64,000 bases of DNA from Trichonephila clavipes (GCA_019973935.1 BMAU01016994.1:1008762-1072761), one strand, 5' to 3'. Counted from the stretch's first letter, positions 1 through 13,444 are shown. Translations and numbers: made by a program. The notes: generated from the letters alone by a model not told the origin.

Positions 1-1300
1 AGAAGACCAGTTTAAAGGCTTTGAGTCCTTCTTACCTTTAGAACCTTTTAAAAATTCACTTAAAAGATACTGTTGTTCAGCTGCTTTGGGCAAGAAACGT
101 CTATAAAAATTTAACAGTCCTAAAAATTTTCTCAGAGAGCCAACAGTCTCTGGTTGTTTGTAATCAAGAACTGCTTGAACTTTGTCAGGCAATGGCTTAA
201 TGCCATCAGGAGTGATAAAGTGGCCAAGGAAAATGAGTTCAGTCACACCAAATACACATTTAGAGATATTTAGTTTTAAACCATATGAGCTCAGTCTTTG
301 GAATATAGTTCTTAAGTGAGAACGATGCTCCTCAGCATTTTCTGAGTAACACAAAATATCATCCAAGTAGACAAAACAAAAAGGAAGTCCTCTTAGTACT
401 TCATGCATGAATCGCATAAAGGTTTGTGGTGCATTCACAAGGCCAAAACACAAATGGGTATATTCGTAAAGACCCCATGGAGTTGTTACAGCTGTCTTAG
501 GAATATCACACTCAGCTATAGGGATTTGGTGGAATGCCTTAAAAACGTCTATTTTGGAAAATATCTTCTTGCCATGTAGTGCATGAGCAAAGTCATTCAA
601 ATAAGGCATGGGGTAGCTGTCGAACTCAGTAACAGAATTCAGCTGCCTGTAATCCCCAACAGGTCTAACTGTAGAGTCAGATTTGGGCACAACATGAAGA
701 GGAGAACAGGGACTTTTGGAAGGTCTAATAATGCCTTGAGCAAGAAGAAATTCAAATTCTACCTTCACTGCATCATACAGTTTAGGGTGTAGCCTTCTAG
801 GCCTGGCAGTGACTGGTGGGCCAGTAGTAATAATATGGTGGACTGTGCCATGTGATGCTGATTTGGAAATTAAAGAAGGGTTGCTGAGGTCTGGATATTC
901 CGATAAGATGTTTTTAAAACTGATGTTTGCATCTACAGTGAGGATTGAGGGCTGTACAATATTTGAAAAACACAAGAAGTGAAAAGAGAAGTTTCCACAT
1001 CCACCAACCTTTTTTTTCTTAAGGTCGATTAAAAGGTTGAAGTGCTTTAGAAAATCAGCACCAATTATAGGAGATGATACATCAGCAATTATGAAAGTCC
1101 AGATAAAAGGTCGCCTCAGACCCAGGTTCAGTTCTTTACGGACCATACCATAGGCTGGAATTTTGGTATTATTAGCAGCAAATAAGGAGAAGTTAGACTG
1201 AGGTGATTTATTCATAGTTGGAGAATGTGGGATGACACAGATTTCACTTCCAGAGTCTATGAGGAATTTCTGGCCAGACTTGCGGTCTAATAAAAATAAC
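1..1300 (-). pseudogene. pol (protease plus reverse transcriptase) with frameshifts
   Basis: RT similarity is spread over several minus frames and there is no long ORF. Confidence 0.7.
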
Positions 1301-1346
1301 CGGCTGGTATGTTTCGAGGGCTCTGCCATTCCAGCTATGACAGAGC

Positions 1347-2144
1347 TTACTCGTTTTTTTGCACAAATGCACAAGTTGAAACACACTTGTGGGCCTGCTC
1401 TTTATAACGGCGATGATAGTAGCAGATGCCACTTCCTCTATTGACACCCCTAGAGCGTGAATGTGATCTCCGGCGGTCAGAACTATATCGTTGGTGGCGA
1501 GAGGAATTGCGCTCTCTTGTCAGTTCAGCAACTTGTAGAGACAGCTCTTGGATCTGCCTGGCGAGAGAGTCCATGGTTGGCTGAGCATTGCATGAAGATG
1601 ACTGGGATGGTGGAGGAACAGTTTTGGCCGCACAGATAGTCGAGGATGCACCAACAACCTCAGAAACCTTATCAGCGATGATAGCCAGTTTATCCAAAGA
1701 CTCTGAGGATGCAGACAAAACAGTCTGGATATGTGGTGGCATTCTTTGAAGCCACAAACTTTGCAGAAAGTCATCCTGGAGTTGGCCATTAGACAGCTCT
1801 TTCATTTTTCACAACAGGTGGCTGGGCTTCTCATATCCTACCTGAAGGTCAGTAAGCAGTTTCTTAATTTTTTGAGTCTCCGAGTCGCTAAATTGGGTGA
1901 TGAGCCGCTGCGAGAAAGTGTGATATTTGTCACTGTTCGGAGGGCTTAACACAATGTCCGACACGTAGGAGAGAGTTTCAGCATCCAGGTTCGCAACCAA
2001 AGCAGAATACTTAGTATCATCACTGGAGATACCACTGAATGTGAATGCATGGTCGCATTGCGCAATCCATAGACGAACGTTGGATTTCCAAAACGGCGGC
2101 AGCCGCAACGCAATACGAGCGACTTCAACGGTTTCACTAGTCAT
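1347..2144 (-). CDS. gag-like capsid/nucleocapsid; two ORFs (1809-2144 and 1347-1805) split by a frameshift
   Basis: ORFs MTSETVEVARIALRLPPFWKS... and ...CYYHRRYKEQAHKC (CCHC knuckle) lie upstream of pol on the same strand. Confidence 0.65.
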
Positions 2145-2514
2145 ATTGTTGAATAAGCAGGAAGCGAAACGAATCTCCGAGCAGATGCTTCAAGTGGCCT
2201 TGAGGAGAAGGAGAAAAAAATCTTTCGCTACGTACTGATCATCCGTAGTAGAAGAATTTGTATTGCATTCGCCAGTAGAACAGAATAGCTTACGTGTTTT
2301 TAAGTCCAAAAAGGGGTCACCACTGCCGCGTTGCGTGGTTAGACATTCTTCACTACAACACGGTTGAATTAAATAACAATAAACATTTATTAACTTTAAA
2401 GATTAAACGAGCAATTAAGAGGTAAACTTTTAAAAACTACAACACATGGAATCAGGCACGCTACAATAATAACAGATCAATTCAGTTCAATTTTGGAGTC
2501 GTTATGTTGAGCTG

Positions 2515-3790
2515 TAAGGTCGCTGCACATACATATTATCATAATGAATATACTTTTTACCCGGAAGTGGTCGCAGGGGACACACAGATTACGAAATCGT
2601 TAATTCTGGCAAAACTGTTTATTAATTACCAAAGAAAAATTGAAAAGTCCTTGAAAGTAGGTAAGTAAACTTTCTCTGAGCTAAATTATTCACTGGAATC
2701 ATGATTTGCATCGTGTACAATAAAATAATTATAAAAAAGAGGATTGGGGTGACTCAATAACCCCGACCGTACCGAGTGCGCGCCTGCTCCCGGGTTAAAA
2801 CATGTTGGTCTTTTCACTTTAAATATTAAAAATAATACAATTATTCTTCATCGATATTTTATATTATTGATCATTATTTAACATCAGTGGCGCACACAAG
2901 GGGTGGGGCAAATTTACGCAAAATTTAGTTAAGTATTAGTTATTAATGATTAATTTTATTAGTTAATGCTAATTATTTATTCAAGAATTAGTTTTTTACT
3001 GTGTTTTGTTCCCGAAAATCGACAAAATCAAAAGGAACTTGATACAAGATTGGTGAACTTTCGACCCCGGACCCTCCCCCTTGAAAAATTCCTGTGTGCG
3101 CTACTGTTTAACATCAATTATAAATGCTAATTCTGTGAGGCTTAAAATTACAATTCGCTTAAAACTAATTATAATTTGAGCAACAATTTTAAAAAAATCA
3201 TTTTACGTTTTTGTAAACATTGTCGAGCACTTGGCTTTGCTTCCCTTACAATTCAGCTATTATATCAATAATGTTTTATTTTCTTATAAATGAACTCGAG
3301 CAAAGAGCTGGCACTTAAGCCGGTATACTTTTAATTTATCAGTGCTGCACAGAATATTTTATAACTAATTAATTAATACTAAATTAAGAACAAGTTTAAT
3401 AAGTATTAATGGCGTCCATGAGCTTGTCTTGGAAAGCAAAGTTTTTATAAGGAATGCTTATTATTAGAAATTGACCCTCTGAGTTCTTTTTCTATATTTA
3501 GCAGATATCTATATTTTGTCTTCTAAGCAGCTATCGCATTTTGTAATATGTTCAATTTAAAAATTAGAGAAAGGAAAAATAACATAATAATTATCCTATT
3601 ATTTTATTTATTTATTTTGCTTAAAAGTAGTATACAAAATTTTTAATACTTATGTTACTAATTTGTATGGTTTATAATTAAGATCGCCTATTGTAACTTT
3701 ATATCGTCAAAGTGCATTATTATTTCATTCAGTACATTATTAATGTATAAGGGGTGCGCGAAAAAAATTGTGATCGAAAAGGGGGGCGCC
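2515..3790 (-). mobile_element. hAT-like non-autonomous DNA transposon copy; inverted orientation; outer end truncated
   Basis: Reverse complement of 2515-3790 matches 4718-6050 at about 97% identity. Terminus CAGTGCTTCTCAAACTTTCAATACTGG lies at 3790 (read on minus). Confidence 0.6.
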
Positions 3791-4163
3791 AGTATTGAAA
3801 GTTTGAGAAGCACTGATATAGACCAATGTGCCCTAAGCGTCTGTACACGGTCTGCCTTGAAACTGTCGTACCGGTAGCCGAAGAGAGCTGACGAGACAGG
3901 TCTGATACTGTGTTCCGTCTGTTTCTTTTGGCAGTAACTGCCAAATATATATACCGGTCCTCATTCGGCGTTGTAACTCAGGGGCGACCTGTGCTGTAAC
4001 ATCTACTCACATTACCATCATCTTGGAATCGTTGCCAAAGCCTGGAGATGACACTCTGGGCGATTCCAATAATTCTACCACGTAAAAAATAATCCAAATG
4101 CTTTCTTTGTGCCATAACTATGCGGTTATTGCACTGAAAGGCTTTTAAAGCGCTTGTGAACAA
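3729..4163 (-). pseudogene. Tc1/mariner-type transposase N-terminal (HTH) remnant
   Basis: ORFs ...RGRIIGIAQSVISRLWQRFQDDGNVSR... and ...TVSRQTVYRRLGHIGLY... resemble the Tc1 transposase N-terminal DNA-binding region. The rest is missing (abuts hAT-like copy and SINE). Confidence 0.55.
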
Positions 4164-4496
4164 TTTTACTTGAATAGGCGTTTTCCTTTGGGCGTCCGGA
4201 CTGTAAAAACAGTCGTCAATCCCATATCGTGAGAGTCCATGATGCTGGGCATGGCAAAAGTGGTGTTTTGCATTCTGCTGAGTGGCATGATGGCAATTGG
4301 TCGAACGATGGAATCCGGGAGGAGTGGCTATGGTGCTTCATCTGGGGGGAAAGTTTTTTGAGTTCTTTGGCTTAGCTGAGAGCTTAGAGGTTGCTCTCTA
4401 ATTGGATGCTGGGTACAGTGAACATTGACTCCAATTGGCTGCCCTGGGGACTGGGTTTATCCTCCCGTTGGTGTGGTGTGGTAGTTAGGAGAGGGG

Positions 4497-4616
4497 GGTG
4501 CCAGCTCAGGTGTCGTCCACGTCACTTGACCATGGTTCAAAATTACGTGGTCCGTCGCCAAAAGCCCTCGTGTAGCTGAACAGTGCGACGTTAATATTCA
4601 TTCATTCATTCATTCG
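4497..4616 (+). mobile_element. SINE1, 5'-truncated copy (3' ~120 bp with (TTCA)n tail)
   Basis: Matches the 3' part of the full SINE1 copies. Flanked by direct repeat GGGGACTGGGTTT (4447-4459 and 4617-4629). Confidence 0.8.
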
Positions 4617-4717
4617 GGGACTGGGTTTTAGAAAATGCGGAAGCGCAAGTCCAATGCGGAGAACAAGTGAAAAATATTTACAAAAATAAAAGAAAGTAAA
4701 ATTTTAGCTATTAAGGC

Positions 4718-6712
4718 AGTGCTTCTCAAACTTTCAATACTGGTGCCCCCCTTTTCGATCACAATTTTTTTCGCGCCCCCCTTATACATTAATAATGTAC
4801 TGAATGCAATAATAATGCACTTTGACGCTAAAGCTACAATAGGCGATCTTAATTATAAACCATACAAATTAGTAACATAAGTATTAAATTTTATATACTA
4901 CTCTTTTAAGCAAAATAAATAAATAAATAAAATAATAAGATAATTATTATGTTATTTTTCCTTTCTCTAATTTTTAAATTGAACATATTGCAAAATGCGG
5001 TAGCTGCTTAGAAGACAAAATATAGATATCTGCTAAATATAGAAAAAGAACTCAGAGGGTCAATTTCTAATCATAAGCATTCCTTATAAAAACTTTGCTT
5101 TCCAAGACAAGCTCATGGACATCATTAATACTTATTAAACTTGTTCTTAATTTAGTATTAATTAATTAGTTATAAAATATTCTGTGCAGCACTGATAAAT
5201 TAAAAGTATACCGGCTTAAGTGCCAGCTCTTTGCACGAGTTCATTTATAAGAAAATAAAACATTGATATAATAGCTGAATTGTAAGGGAAGCAAAGCCAA
5301 GTGCTCAACAATGTTTACAAAAACGTAAAATGATTTTTTTTAAATGGTTGCACAAATTATAATTAGTTTTAAGCGAATTGTAATTTTAAGCCTCACAGAA
5401 TTAGCTTTTATAATTGATGTTAAACAGTAGCGTACACAGGAATTTTTCAAGGGGGGTCCGGGGTCGAAAGTTCACCATTCTTGTATCAGGTTCCTTTTGA
5501 TTTTGTCGATTTTTGGGAACAAAACACAGTAAAAAACTAATTCTTGAATAAATAATTAGCATAAATTAATAAAATTAATCATTAATAACAAATACTTAAT
5601 TAAATTTTGCGTACTATAAACTTAGAATTATAATCAATCGGAAAAAAGTCAAGGGCTTTGGCCCCCCGTGTGTGCGCCACTGATGTAAAATAATGATCAA
5701 TAATATACAATATCGATGAAGAATAATTGTATTATTTTTAATATTTAAAGCGAAAAGACTTCAACATGTTTTAACCCGGGAGCAGGCGCGCACTCGATAC
5801 GGTCGGGGTTATTAAGTCACCCCAATCCTTTTTTTATAATTATTTTATTGTACACGATACAAATCATGATCCCAGTGAATAATTTAATTAAGAGAAAGTT
5901 TACTTACCTACTTTCAAGGACTTTTCAATTTTTCTTTGGTAATTAATAAACAGTTTTGCCAGAATTAACGATTTCGTAATCTGTGTGTCCCGCGTGACCA
6001 CTTACGGGTAAAAAGTATATTCATTATGATAATGTGTATGTTACTGCGAAAAAGATTGTGTGAAACGTTTTTCGTTATGCTTTATATGTTGAGAATATTT
6101 ATAAAAATATGTCTTGGCCAAGTAATCCTTCATGTGCTTTTGTGTGTGTGTGTGCTCTCCGTGGTTTCCCAAATATCATAAAACTCTTTTGCATGGAAAA
6201 AAGCGCAACAGAGAACACATAAGAGAGGGGTCATAACTAACTGTACCAATAACTCAGAAGGTCAAACAGATTACAGCTATAATGTGCAGTATTTCAAAAA
6301 TAATGACAGTGATTAATTTTTTATGTTCCTAAATTTTTTTCGATTCTGTGTCTGGGATCTGTTTTTTCTCTGAAAGAGTAGTATGTTAGGTTAAAAAAAA
6401 GCGTAATAAAAAAATCTCTCATCATGGGATTACAGCAAATCAAATAAAAGTTTTTTTTTATTTGGTTATAGGATCAAAGATAGCTAATTAGGTATTGAAG
6501 AAGTTTTTATTTTTGCTGACTTAATATCGCGCGCTCGCGCCTATAAATTATATCAGAGTAAAAGTGTATTTTTTATTATGTCTGAAAGTATTTTGTTTTA
6601 ATTCTTTCCAGTAAACTAATTACTTTTTAAATCTTTTATTTTCGATATGCTCACGCCCCCCTCGTAAGGTCATCGCCCCCCAGGGGCGCGCCCCACAGTT
6701 TGAGAAGGTATG
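4718..6712 (+). mobile_element. hAT-like non-autonomous DNA transposon, ~2.0 kb, no ORF
   Basis: Termini CAGTGCTTCTCAAAC... and ...GTTTGAGAAGGTATG (imperfect TIR). Flanked by 8-bp direct repeat TATTAAGG (4710-4717 and 6713-6720). Terminal ~100 bp of each end matches the 10398-11165 copy; the copies diverge internally. Confidence 0.55.
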
Positions 6713-9000
6713 TATTAAGGTGTGCAATAAAAATTATTGCACGAATAAAAAGAATTACGGGGGGTGTAGAAATCAAGAAGAATTCTTCTTGGTCTTTTTG
6801 TATTGTCATTAGGGGTGTATTGAGATAAATTTTGCATATTGAAATTATTGGTTGTTTGTAAATCGTTAAAAAAGTTAATTGCTATTTTTTGAATATGAGA
6901 TTTGAAACTATTCATTTTAAGAGCATTACGTATGTCGTCATTACGCATGTATCTTGTGGCTTTGACGATCATACGTATAAGAGAATTCTACAGGGTATCT
7001 AGGATATTGATATTAGTTTTAGCGGCATAAAAAACCCCATACTGGACTTGCGTAAGCTAAAATGGGACGCATAACGGCTGTATAGAGAAGCACTTTGTTT
7101 TCTATACTTAAATGTGAGTTCCGGCCTATAAGGGGGTAAAGTTTAAACATAATTTTCCGGAACTTATCGCGAACGTATAAAATATGTTGCTTCCAAGTTA
7201 GGGGCGCATCGAAAATTATTCCAAGGTGTTTGGCTTCCTGAGACCAGGGGATCTGTTTATTGTACATGATGATTGGTGGTGGGAGTGAAAGCTTTTTCGT
7301 GAAAATTATGGCTGTGGAGTTTTCTACGTTAATACTTATTTTCCATTTGTCATAGAAGTTTTGCAGGTGAAGTAGGTGTTTGTTTATTGCATAGGAAATT
7401 GTTAATAGTTTTTTATACGTAGCATGAATGACAGTATCATCGGCGTAAAGGTTAATTTTTGTTAGTGAGTAGTCGGGGATATCATTAATATAAAGATTAA
7501 AGAGCAAGGGACCGAGCAAGGAACCTTGAAGACACCCTGCAGATACAGAGTGTTAGTTGGAAAGGGTCTCGTTAATTCTAATTCTGAAGGAACGATTAGT
7601 GAGATAGGAGTGAATGAGGTGAATTAGTGGGGGTGGAATTTTATAGGATATTAGTTTGAAAGTGAGTCCATTCATCCAAACACGGTCGAAGGATTTCTGG
7701 ATATCCAGAAAAACTATTCCCGTGCTTTTCTTTTTCTGGAAACCTTCCGAGATATGTTCAGTTAATCTTAAAAGTGGGTGTAAGGTTGAGAGCTTGTTAG
7801 TGAAACCATATTGATTGGGATTGAGAAGGTTATTTTCATTGATGAAATTTTTTTAGTCTATGAAGGATAATAGATTCGGTTAGTTTACCTATAGTGGAAA
7901 GGAGAGATATGGGCCTGTACCTGGATGCTAGGTGGGGATCCTTGCCAGGTTTGTTAATGGGAAAAATAATGGCTTCTTTCCAGTTGTCTGGAAAGTGATT
8001 GAATTTGAGGATTTTGTTAATTAGAATTGTTAAAATAAGGATTAATTTAATGGGAAAATTTTTTAACATGCGGTTAGTAATTGAGTCTACCAGGGGCTTT
8101 TTTAGCATTAACATGTTTAATATAGTGGATTATTTCGTCCGGAAGAGCAGGTTCAATGAAGGAGGTAGGGGGGGGGGTAGAAAGGAAGTTATTTACGGTA
8201 GTGTTAATTAATTCATCATTTTGATTGTAATTATCATTTTCGCGTTCATTTTCGACAAAATTATTTTTAATGTTAGTAACGAGGAGGTTAGCTTTTTGCT
8301 GATCAGTGACTGCCGTACCTGTTGCACAATTTAGTGATGGGATTTTTAGTCTTTTATTTTTAAAAAATCTTTGCGTGCGCCAAAGGCTATTGTCTGCGGT
8401 ATTTAGAACTTCAAGTCTTTTTTGCCAAATGTTATCATTATATTTTTTAAGTTCTTTTTTAAGATCCGATTGTGCTCTATTGTAATGCGATTTAAAAATG
8501 GGATTGAGGGTTTGATGGTAACGTTTTTGGAAGTAATTTTTGATTTTTAGCAGCTGGTTAATATGATGTGAAGTGAAGTTCCTACGGTCTGTTTCTATTA
8601 GTCGGGAGGCGTTGCTATGAGTATCGATGACTTCTTCGGTGAATTCTGTGATTTTTTGCTCTAAGTCGTAAGTGCTATTAATACTATTAGGATGGAAATC
8701 AAAGAGAGAAAGATTCTCATTTAGATTAGTTTTGAAAACATTCCTGTCGGTGGAAACCGCTCTGGGATTTGAGGGTTCCACCGCTAGTTTGAAGTTGAAA
8801 TTTAAGAATACTGGATTGTGGTCAGTAGAAAGATCGTCGATGGAGTTAATAGTAAAGGGGTAATAGAAGTTTTTAATAAGGGCGATGTCTATTGTGTTAG
8901 CGGAATTGTGACCAAATCTAGTAGGAATAGAGGGAAAGGCGATATTTAAGTTGAGCATATTAGCGAAGTTAAACAATTTTACTTTTTTTCCACCATTCCT
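6713..9000 (-). mobile_element. non-LTR (LINE) retrotransposon, Jockey/CR1-like, 5'-truncated, frameshifted ORF2
   Basis: Minus ORFs contain an APE endonuclease C-terminus (..STDHNPV..), RT motifs (YRPISLL, FADDT-like YADDTVI) and a C-terminal domain. Four ORF pieces 6715-8976. Confidence 0.8.
6715..8976 (-). pseudogene. LINE ORF2 (endonuclease-RT) broken into 4 ORFs
   Basis: ORFs 8074-8976, 7836-8114, 7019-7519 and 6715-6972 are collinear RT pieces in different frames. Confidence 0.75.
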
Positions 9001-9285
9001 TATGTACTCCTCTCTTACACTCTCGTCATTGTGACGCGTACTATCCGCGCCATCTGGTGGTTTCCTGTAATTTGCATATTCTTCTTCAAGATGTGTGTGA
9101 TAATTCTACAGGTGAAATTTTTATTTTAGAGTTCAATTTCTGTGTGATTCTGAATTATCCATAATTTATGGACATGAGTGTAGATAAGCACAAGGAAAAT
9201 TGAGAGGTCTTCATAGATTAAAAATTTTCCAAATCAAAATTCTCTTTTCTAGCTTGTGATTGATCACCAAGGCGTATTCTTGAAT

Positions 9286-9550
9286 GGATTAATGGAATAT
9301 TAATGTCGCACTGTTCAGCTGCACGAGGGCTTTTGGCGACGGACCACGTAATTTTGAACCATGGTCAAGTGACGTGAACGACACCTGAGCTGGCACCCCC
9401 CTCTCCTAACTACCACACCACACCAACGGGAGGACGTTTCAGCTCTCGACAGATTTAACGTGCATCGCTGCCCTACACGGCGGGTCTTTAATGGTACTGG
9501 GCTCGAACTCGTGACAAGGCAAGCCACGATCCGATACCTATACCACTCGG
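9286..9550 (-). mobile_element. SINE1 copy (tRNA-derived SINE)
   Basis: Reverse complement matches SINE1 (GCCGCGGTAGCCGAGTGGTATAGG...GTGCGAC). Flanking direct repeat CTTGAATGGA (about 9276-9285 and 9556-9565). Confidence 0.75.
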
Positions 9551-10397
9551 CTACCGCGGCCATATCCTTGAATGGAACGAACTGGTTTGTAGTAACTATG
9601 CACGAGATCATCCACTTGGAAAACTCTCCGCTTGGTAATATATTGTTACGTAGATCCGGGGTTCGATGATTTTATGCAAATCAGTCATAAAGAACAAGAC
9701 AGTTCCTTAAGAGCGATGAGAATTTACAGTCGAAACTCCAATCCTTGAAATATAGGATTCAGCAGCAATATTCACAGAATAAATCTTAGAAGGTCTTTAC
9801 ACCTTCAACAGTATTAAGACACAATTATTGGTGTCTAAAATACACGTATATAAAATATTATTCATAAGCAATCGCTCTTTCAACAACCGAAGTAATCACT
9901 ATTCACTTCAACAATCAGAGCAATAATACCTGATTGCTAGTCAAGACCAGATCAGACTGACTTTCGGCTAGCATCTCTCTTTCTTTATACCCCTCGCGGA
10001 TGATTCGAGAAATACCTGCTTGTGTCATAGGTCTTAAAATTAGTGTATTTCTCTACTAATTTCTAAAAGAATCCAGAGGGTTCCGAACGCACTAAAAATG
10101 GTCGCCAATATGATCACTAAGTCGCAAACTTGGTCGCCAAAAATGACGCCAACTTGGCTCTATCACCATGATTTCGCCAAGTTCCTATTGAATCACCATT
10201 ATAACGTATTATATATTATTATAACGTAACGTTATTTTTAACGTAAATTAAATCTAATTTAGAGTAAGATAAAGGCATTACACATCCAAATACAAATTAT
10301 TGACACTATTTAACACAAAATTCGTATCAATATTGTTGTCTTGACATTTGGAGTTTCTGGAAGACTGATGTTTCCAGAAAATATTATTGGTATAGCT

Positions 10398-11165
10398 CAG
10401 TGCTTCTCAAACTTTCAATACTCGCGACCCAATATTCAATCATCATTTTCATCGCGCCCCCCTCCATACAATAGAATTATATTGAATTCAATAATACTAT
10501 ACTTTGACACTAAAGCTACGACTTTAACCTCCTATGTGCCACTGACATATATAAACGTCTCGCTCAGCCAAAGCATTAATCTTCTGGACGTATATATACT
10601 TCTTTCCGAAGTACGATCTTTTCTGTGCACTGCTATCCATAAAATTATTCCTAAGGTTTTGTATTACAATAAAAGAACCTTGACAGTCTTTGCAAAGGAT
10701 TTACTTATTTCAGAGGATTTTGCTTATTTATTCCTTTTCTTCTCCCCCCTCCCAATAAAACATCACAATACGCGAGTCTACGTGGAAAACCGTGGCATTG
10801 GGAACCAAACCGCATAAATTTTAATCGACAGTTAAAGAATTAATTATAAACCGTACAAATCCTCAATATAAGTGTTAATACAAGCCCATGGGATCACTAG
10901 TAATTATCAAACTTGTTCTTAACTTGTTATTTTTAAATTAATAATAAAATACATTGTACAGTGTACATGTACTTTATAAGTGTATTATATCAGTGTAAAT
11001 GTGTATTTTATATTTTATTATGTCAGAAAGTATTTTCTCTGCTTACTTTCAGTAAATTCATAATGTTTTGAATAATCTTTAGTTTTCAACTTTTCAATAT
11101 GCTCGCCCCCCCTTGTAGAGTTATCACGCCCCTAAAGGGGGGCGAGCCCCACAGTTTGAGAAACG
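10398..11165 (+). mobile_element. hAT-like MITE, 770 bp
   Basis: Termini CAGTGCTTCTCAAACTTTC and CCACAGTTTGAGAAACGCTG (TIR about CAGYGYTTCTCAAACT). Perfect flanking direct repeat TGGTATAGCT, giving an 8-bp target-site duplication GTATAGCT. Confidence 0.65.
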
Positions 11166-12270
11166 CTGGTATAGCTTGAGCTTTTAAGTTTGAACTCTCT
11201 CAAATTGAATTTTTTAAATTTATTAATTTCAAAATGAGACAACTCATACTTCGTTAAATCAACAATAAAAAACTTCATGTTTTTTTATCATACAAAGCAA
11301 TGCATTATAAATATTTAAATACGAAGGCAAGTCATTTTTTTCCTTTACAAATATAAGACATAATTATTAAACTGTGTATAATTTTACTTTTTTGCCTGTT
11401 CTAGTCAAAATAATTATTTACAATTATGAAAAAATTTACATTCGAAGGCATTGTATTTATATGTACTGGCATTTTAGCACAATCAATACAGAAAGTCTAT
11501 CCAAACATATTTGCTACTTCCTTCAGTTTAATGTTTACAGGAAAAGTTCCTTTTAATATTTCATGCGAGACACTATTAAAACGAACCGTTTAAAAAGTAT
11601 CTAAAAGGGGAGAGGTAAATCGAGGTTTCTAATATGTAAAAAAAAATTGCATTTCAACTTAATTAGTTTTTCCTTTCGTAGAAAAAGGCATATAAAATTT
11701 ATACAGAAAGAAAAAAAATTATAAAATCCACCTAAAAGTTCAAGACTAATAATCACTTAAGAAATTTCCTATCTTTTTTTCCCCTAAATTAATATTTTTT
11801 AAAATTTCTATTATCCCCTTGATAAAGAAACTAATTTTTTTTCTTGACTCTCATTTTAAGTACTGAAGATTATCGCTTCCAAATTTTCCGAAATGGTTAA
11901 ATATTTTACTGAAACACATTCGGTTATATTTATTCAAAGCTCATTTGTTGCATAACACACACATCGATTGTTTTTCATACTGAGTTTTTTAAGATTAGAA
12001 TTAATTATTAAAAAATATGTACTTTCTGTGTGTGAAACAAAAACATATAATTACAGTACTGTATTTTTAGACTATATCATTTTCCCCTTTTCATTACTTT
12101 ATCCTTTTTTATAGCTAATAGTCCCCCAACCCCCATATCTATATAAATAAAAATGAATGTTTGTGTGTTTATATCCTAAAATGCTCATCCAATTGCGATG
12201 AAACTTTAGGGAATGGTTGGACGCGTGCCCACAAAGGTTTCTGAGTTACTAAAATTGACCCCAAAGGCAG

Positions 12271-12600
12271 TGTTCCGCAACCTCCGGTCCGTGGATCAAA
12301 TGCTTCCGGTCCGCACAAGAAACATTAAATTATTTCCCTTTTATTTACTGTGGTATATTTTTCTTAGGTTTGGGCTACTTTTTATGAAAATCACTTAATA
12401 TTCCTTGTTAAATCCCTTTATACGCATTTTTTGGTGTAGCTATATTTTATTCAGAAGTCACGATTAAATACACTTAAATTAAAATTATTAAATCAAAGCA
12501 GTCTAAAATATAAACAATCAACATCCTCCCTCTCAGCGGGGCGTGGAAAAATTAACAAACGTTGACCGGTCTGCGGCGATAAAAAGGTTGCGGAGCACTG
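12271..12600. mobile_element. candidate MITE (~330 bp) with 15-bp terminal inverted repeats CAGTGYTCCGCAACC
   Basis: GCAGTGTTCCGCAACC at 12271. GGTTGCGGAGCACTG at about 12586-12600. Flanks CCCAAAGG and ACCTAAAG give an imperfect target-site duplication. Confidence 0.4.
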
Positions 12601-12619
12601 ACCTAAAGGACGTTGCGGT

Positions 12620-13401
12620 GTTATAGATAAGCGGTGTTATATAGATAAAAACTCCCGTTTTTGAACTATTGGTTCTACAAACTTGAAATTTGGTAGGCAT
12701 GCTCCATTTATAAAGTTGTGAATCGCTACATAAGGGGTTTTACAAAAAAAATGAACCATAAGGGACTTAAGGGGCGTTATATGTAAATATTCCTGTTTCT
12801 TAATTATTAGACCTACATGCTAGAAGTTTGGTTGGCCCGTTCCTTTCATGAAGTAGAAAACCACTAAATAAGAGGTTTCGCGAAAATCTACTACAAAGGA
12901 GCATTGCAGGGGCGTTATAGATAATTGTTCTCGTTTTTATAATCTATTAGACCTACAAACTTGAAATTTGGAGGGCATGTTCCTTTCAAGGATTAAAGGT
13001 ACGCCACAAAAGGGGTTTGGGCGAAAAATGAATCCTAAGGGGTGGTGTTATAAATAAATATTCCAGTTTCTGAACTATTGGACCTACAAACTTGTAATTT
13101 GGTAGGCCTGTTCCGTTTATAAAGTTGAGATTCGCAACACAAGGGATTTTTCAAAATTTGAACCCCAAGGAGTGTCGCTAGGGCTTAAGGGGCGTTATAT
13201 ATAAATATTCTCGTTTTTGAACTATTAGACTTACATGCTGGAAATTCGGTAAGTTCGTTCCTTTCATGGAGTCAAAATCCACTACAAGAAGTGTTTTAAA
13301 AATCGACCCGATAGGTCATTGCGAGGGCCTAAAGAGCGTTAGAGGAAAAATATTACCGTATTTGAACTTTTAGACGTACAGACTTGAGATTTTGTTGGTA
13401 T

Positions 13402-13444
<43 letters not shown>

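Larger units (their letters stand above)
1..2250 (-). mobile_element. Ty3/gypsy-like LTR retrotransposon, internal gag-PR-RT fragment; runs off the left window edge; degraded
   Basis: Minus-strand translation of 1-800 gives RT motifs (DVFKAFHQIPI..., YLDDIL, NAPQTF) in several frames. gag ORFs at 1347-2144 carry a CCHC zinc knuckle. No intact pol ORF in the six-frame track. Confidence 0.8.

Noticed and set aside
2150-2515. Possible 5' LTR and PBS of the first gypsy-like element
   Set aside because: The partner LTR lies outside the window, so the boundaries cannot be verified. Left unannotated.
8074-8976. 300-aa ORF as an intact gene
   Set aside because: It is the endonuclease-RT junction of a frameshifted, 5'-truncated LINE ORF2, not a host gene.
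10341-10817. 158-aa ORF on the plus strand
   Set aside because: It spans the flank and interior of the hAT-like MITE, is of low complexity and AT-rich, and has no coding signature. It is spurious.
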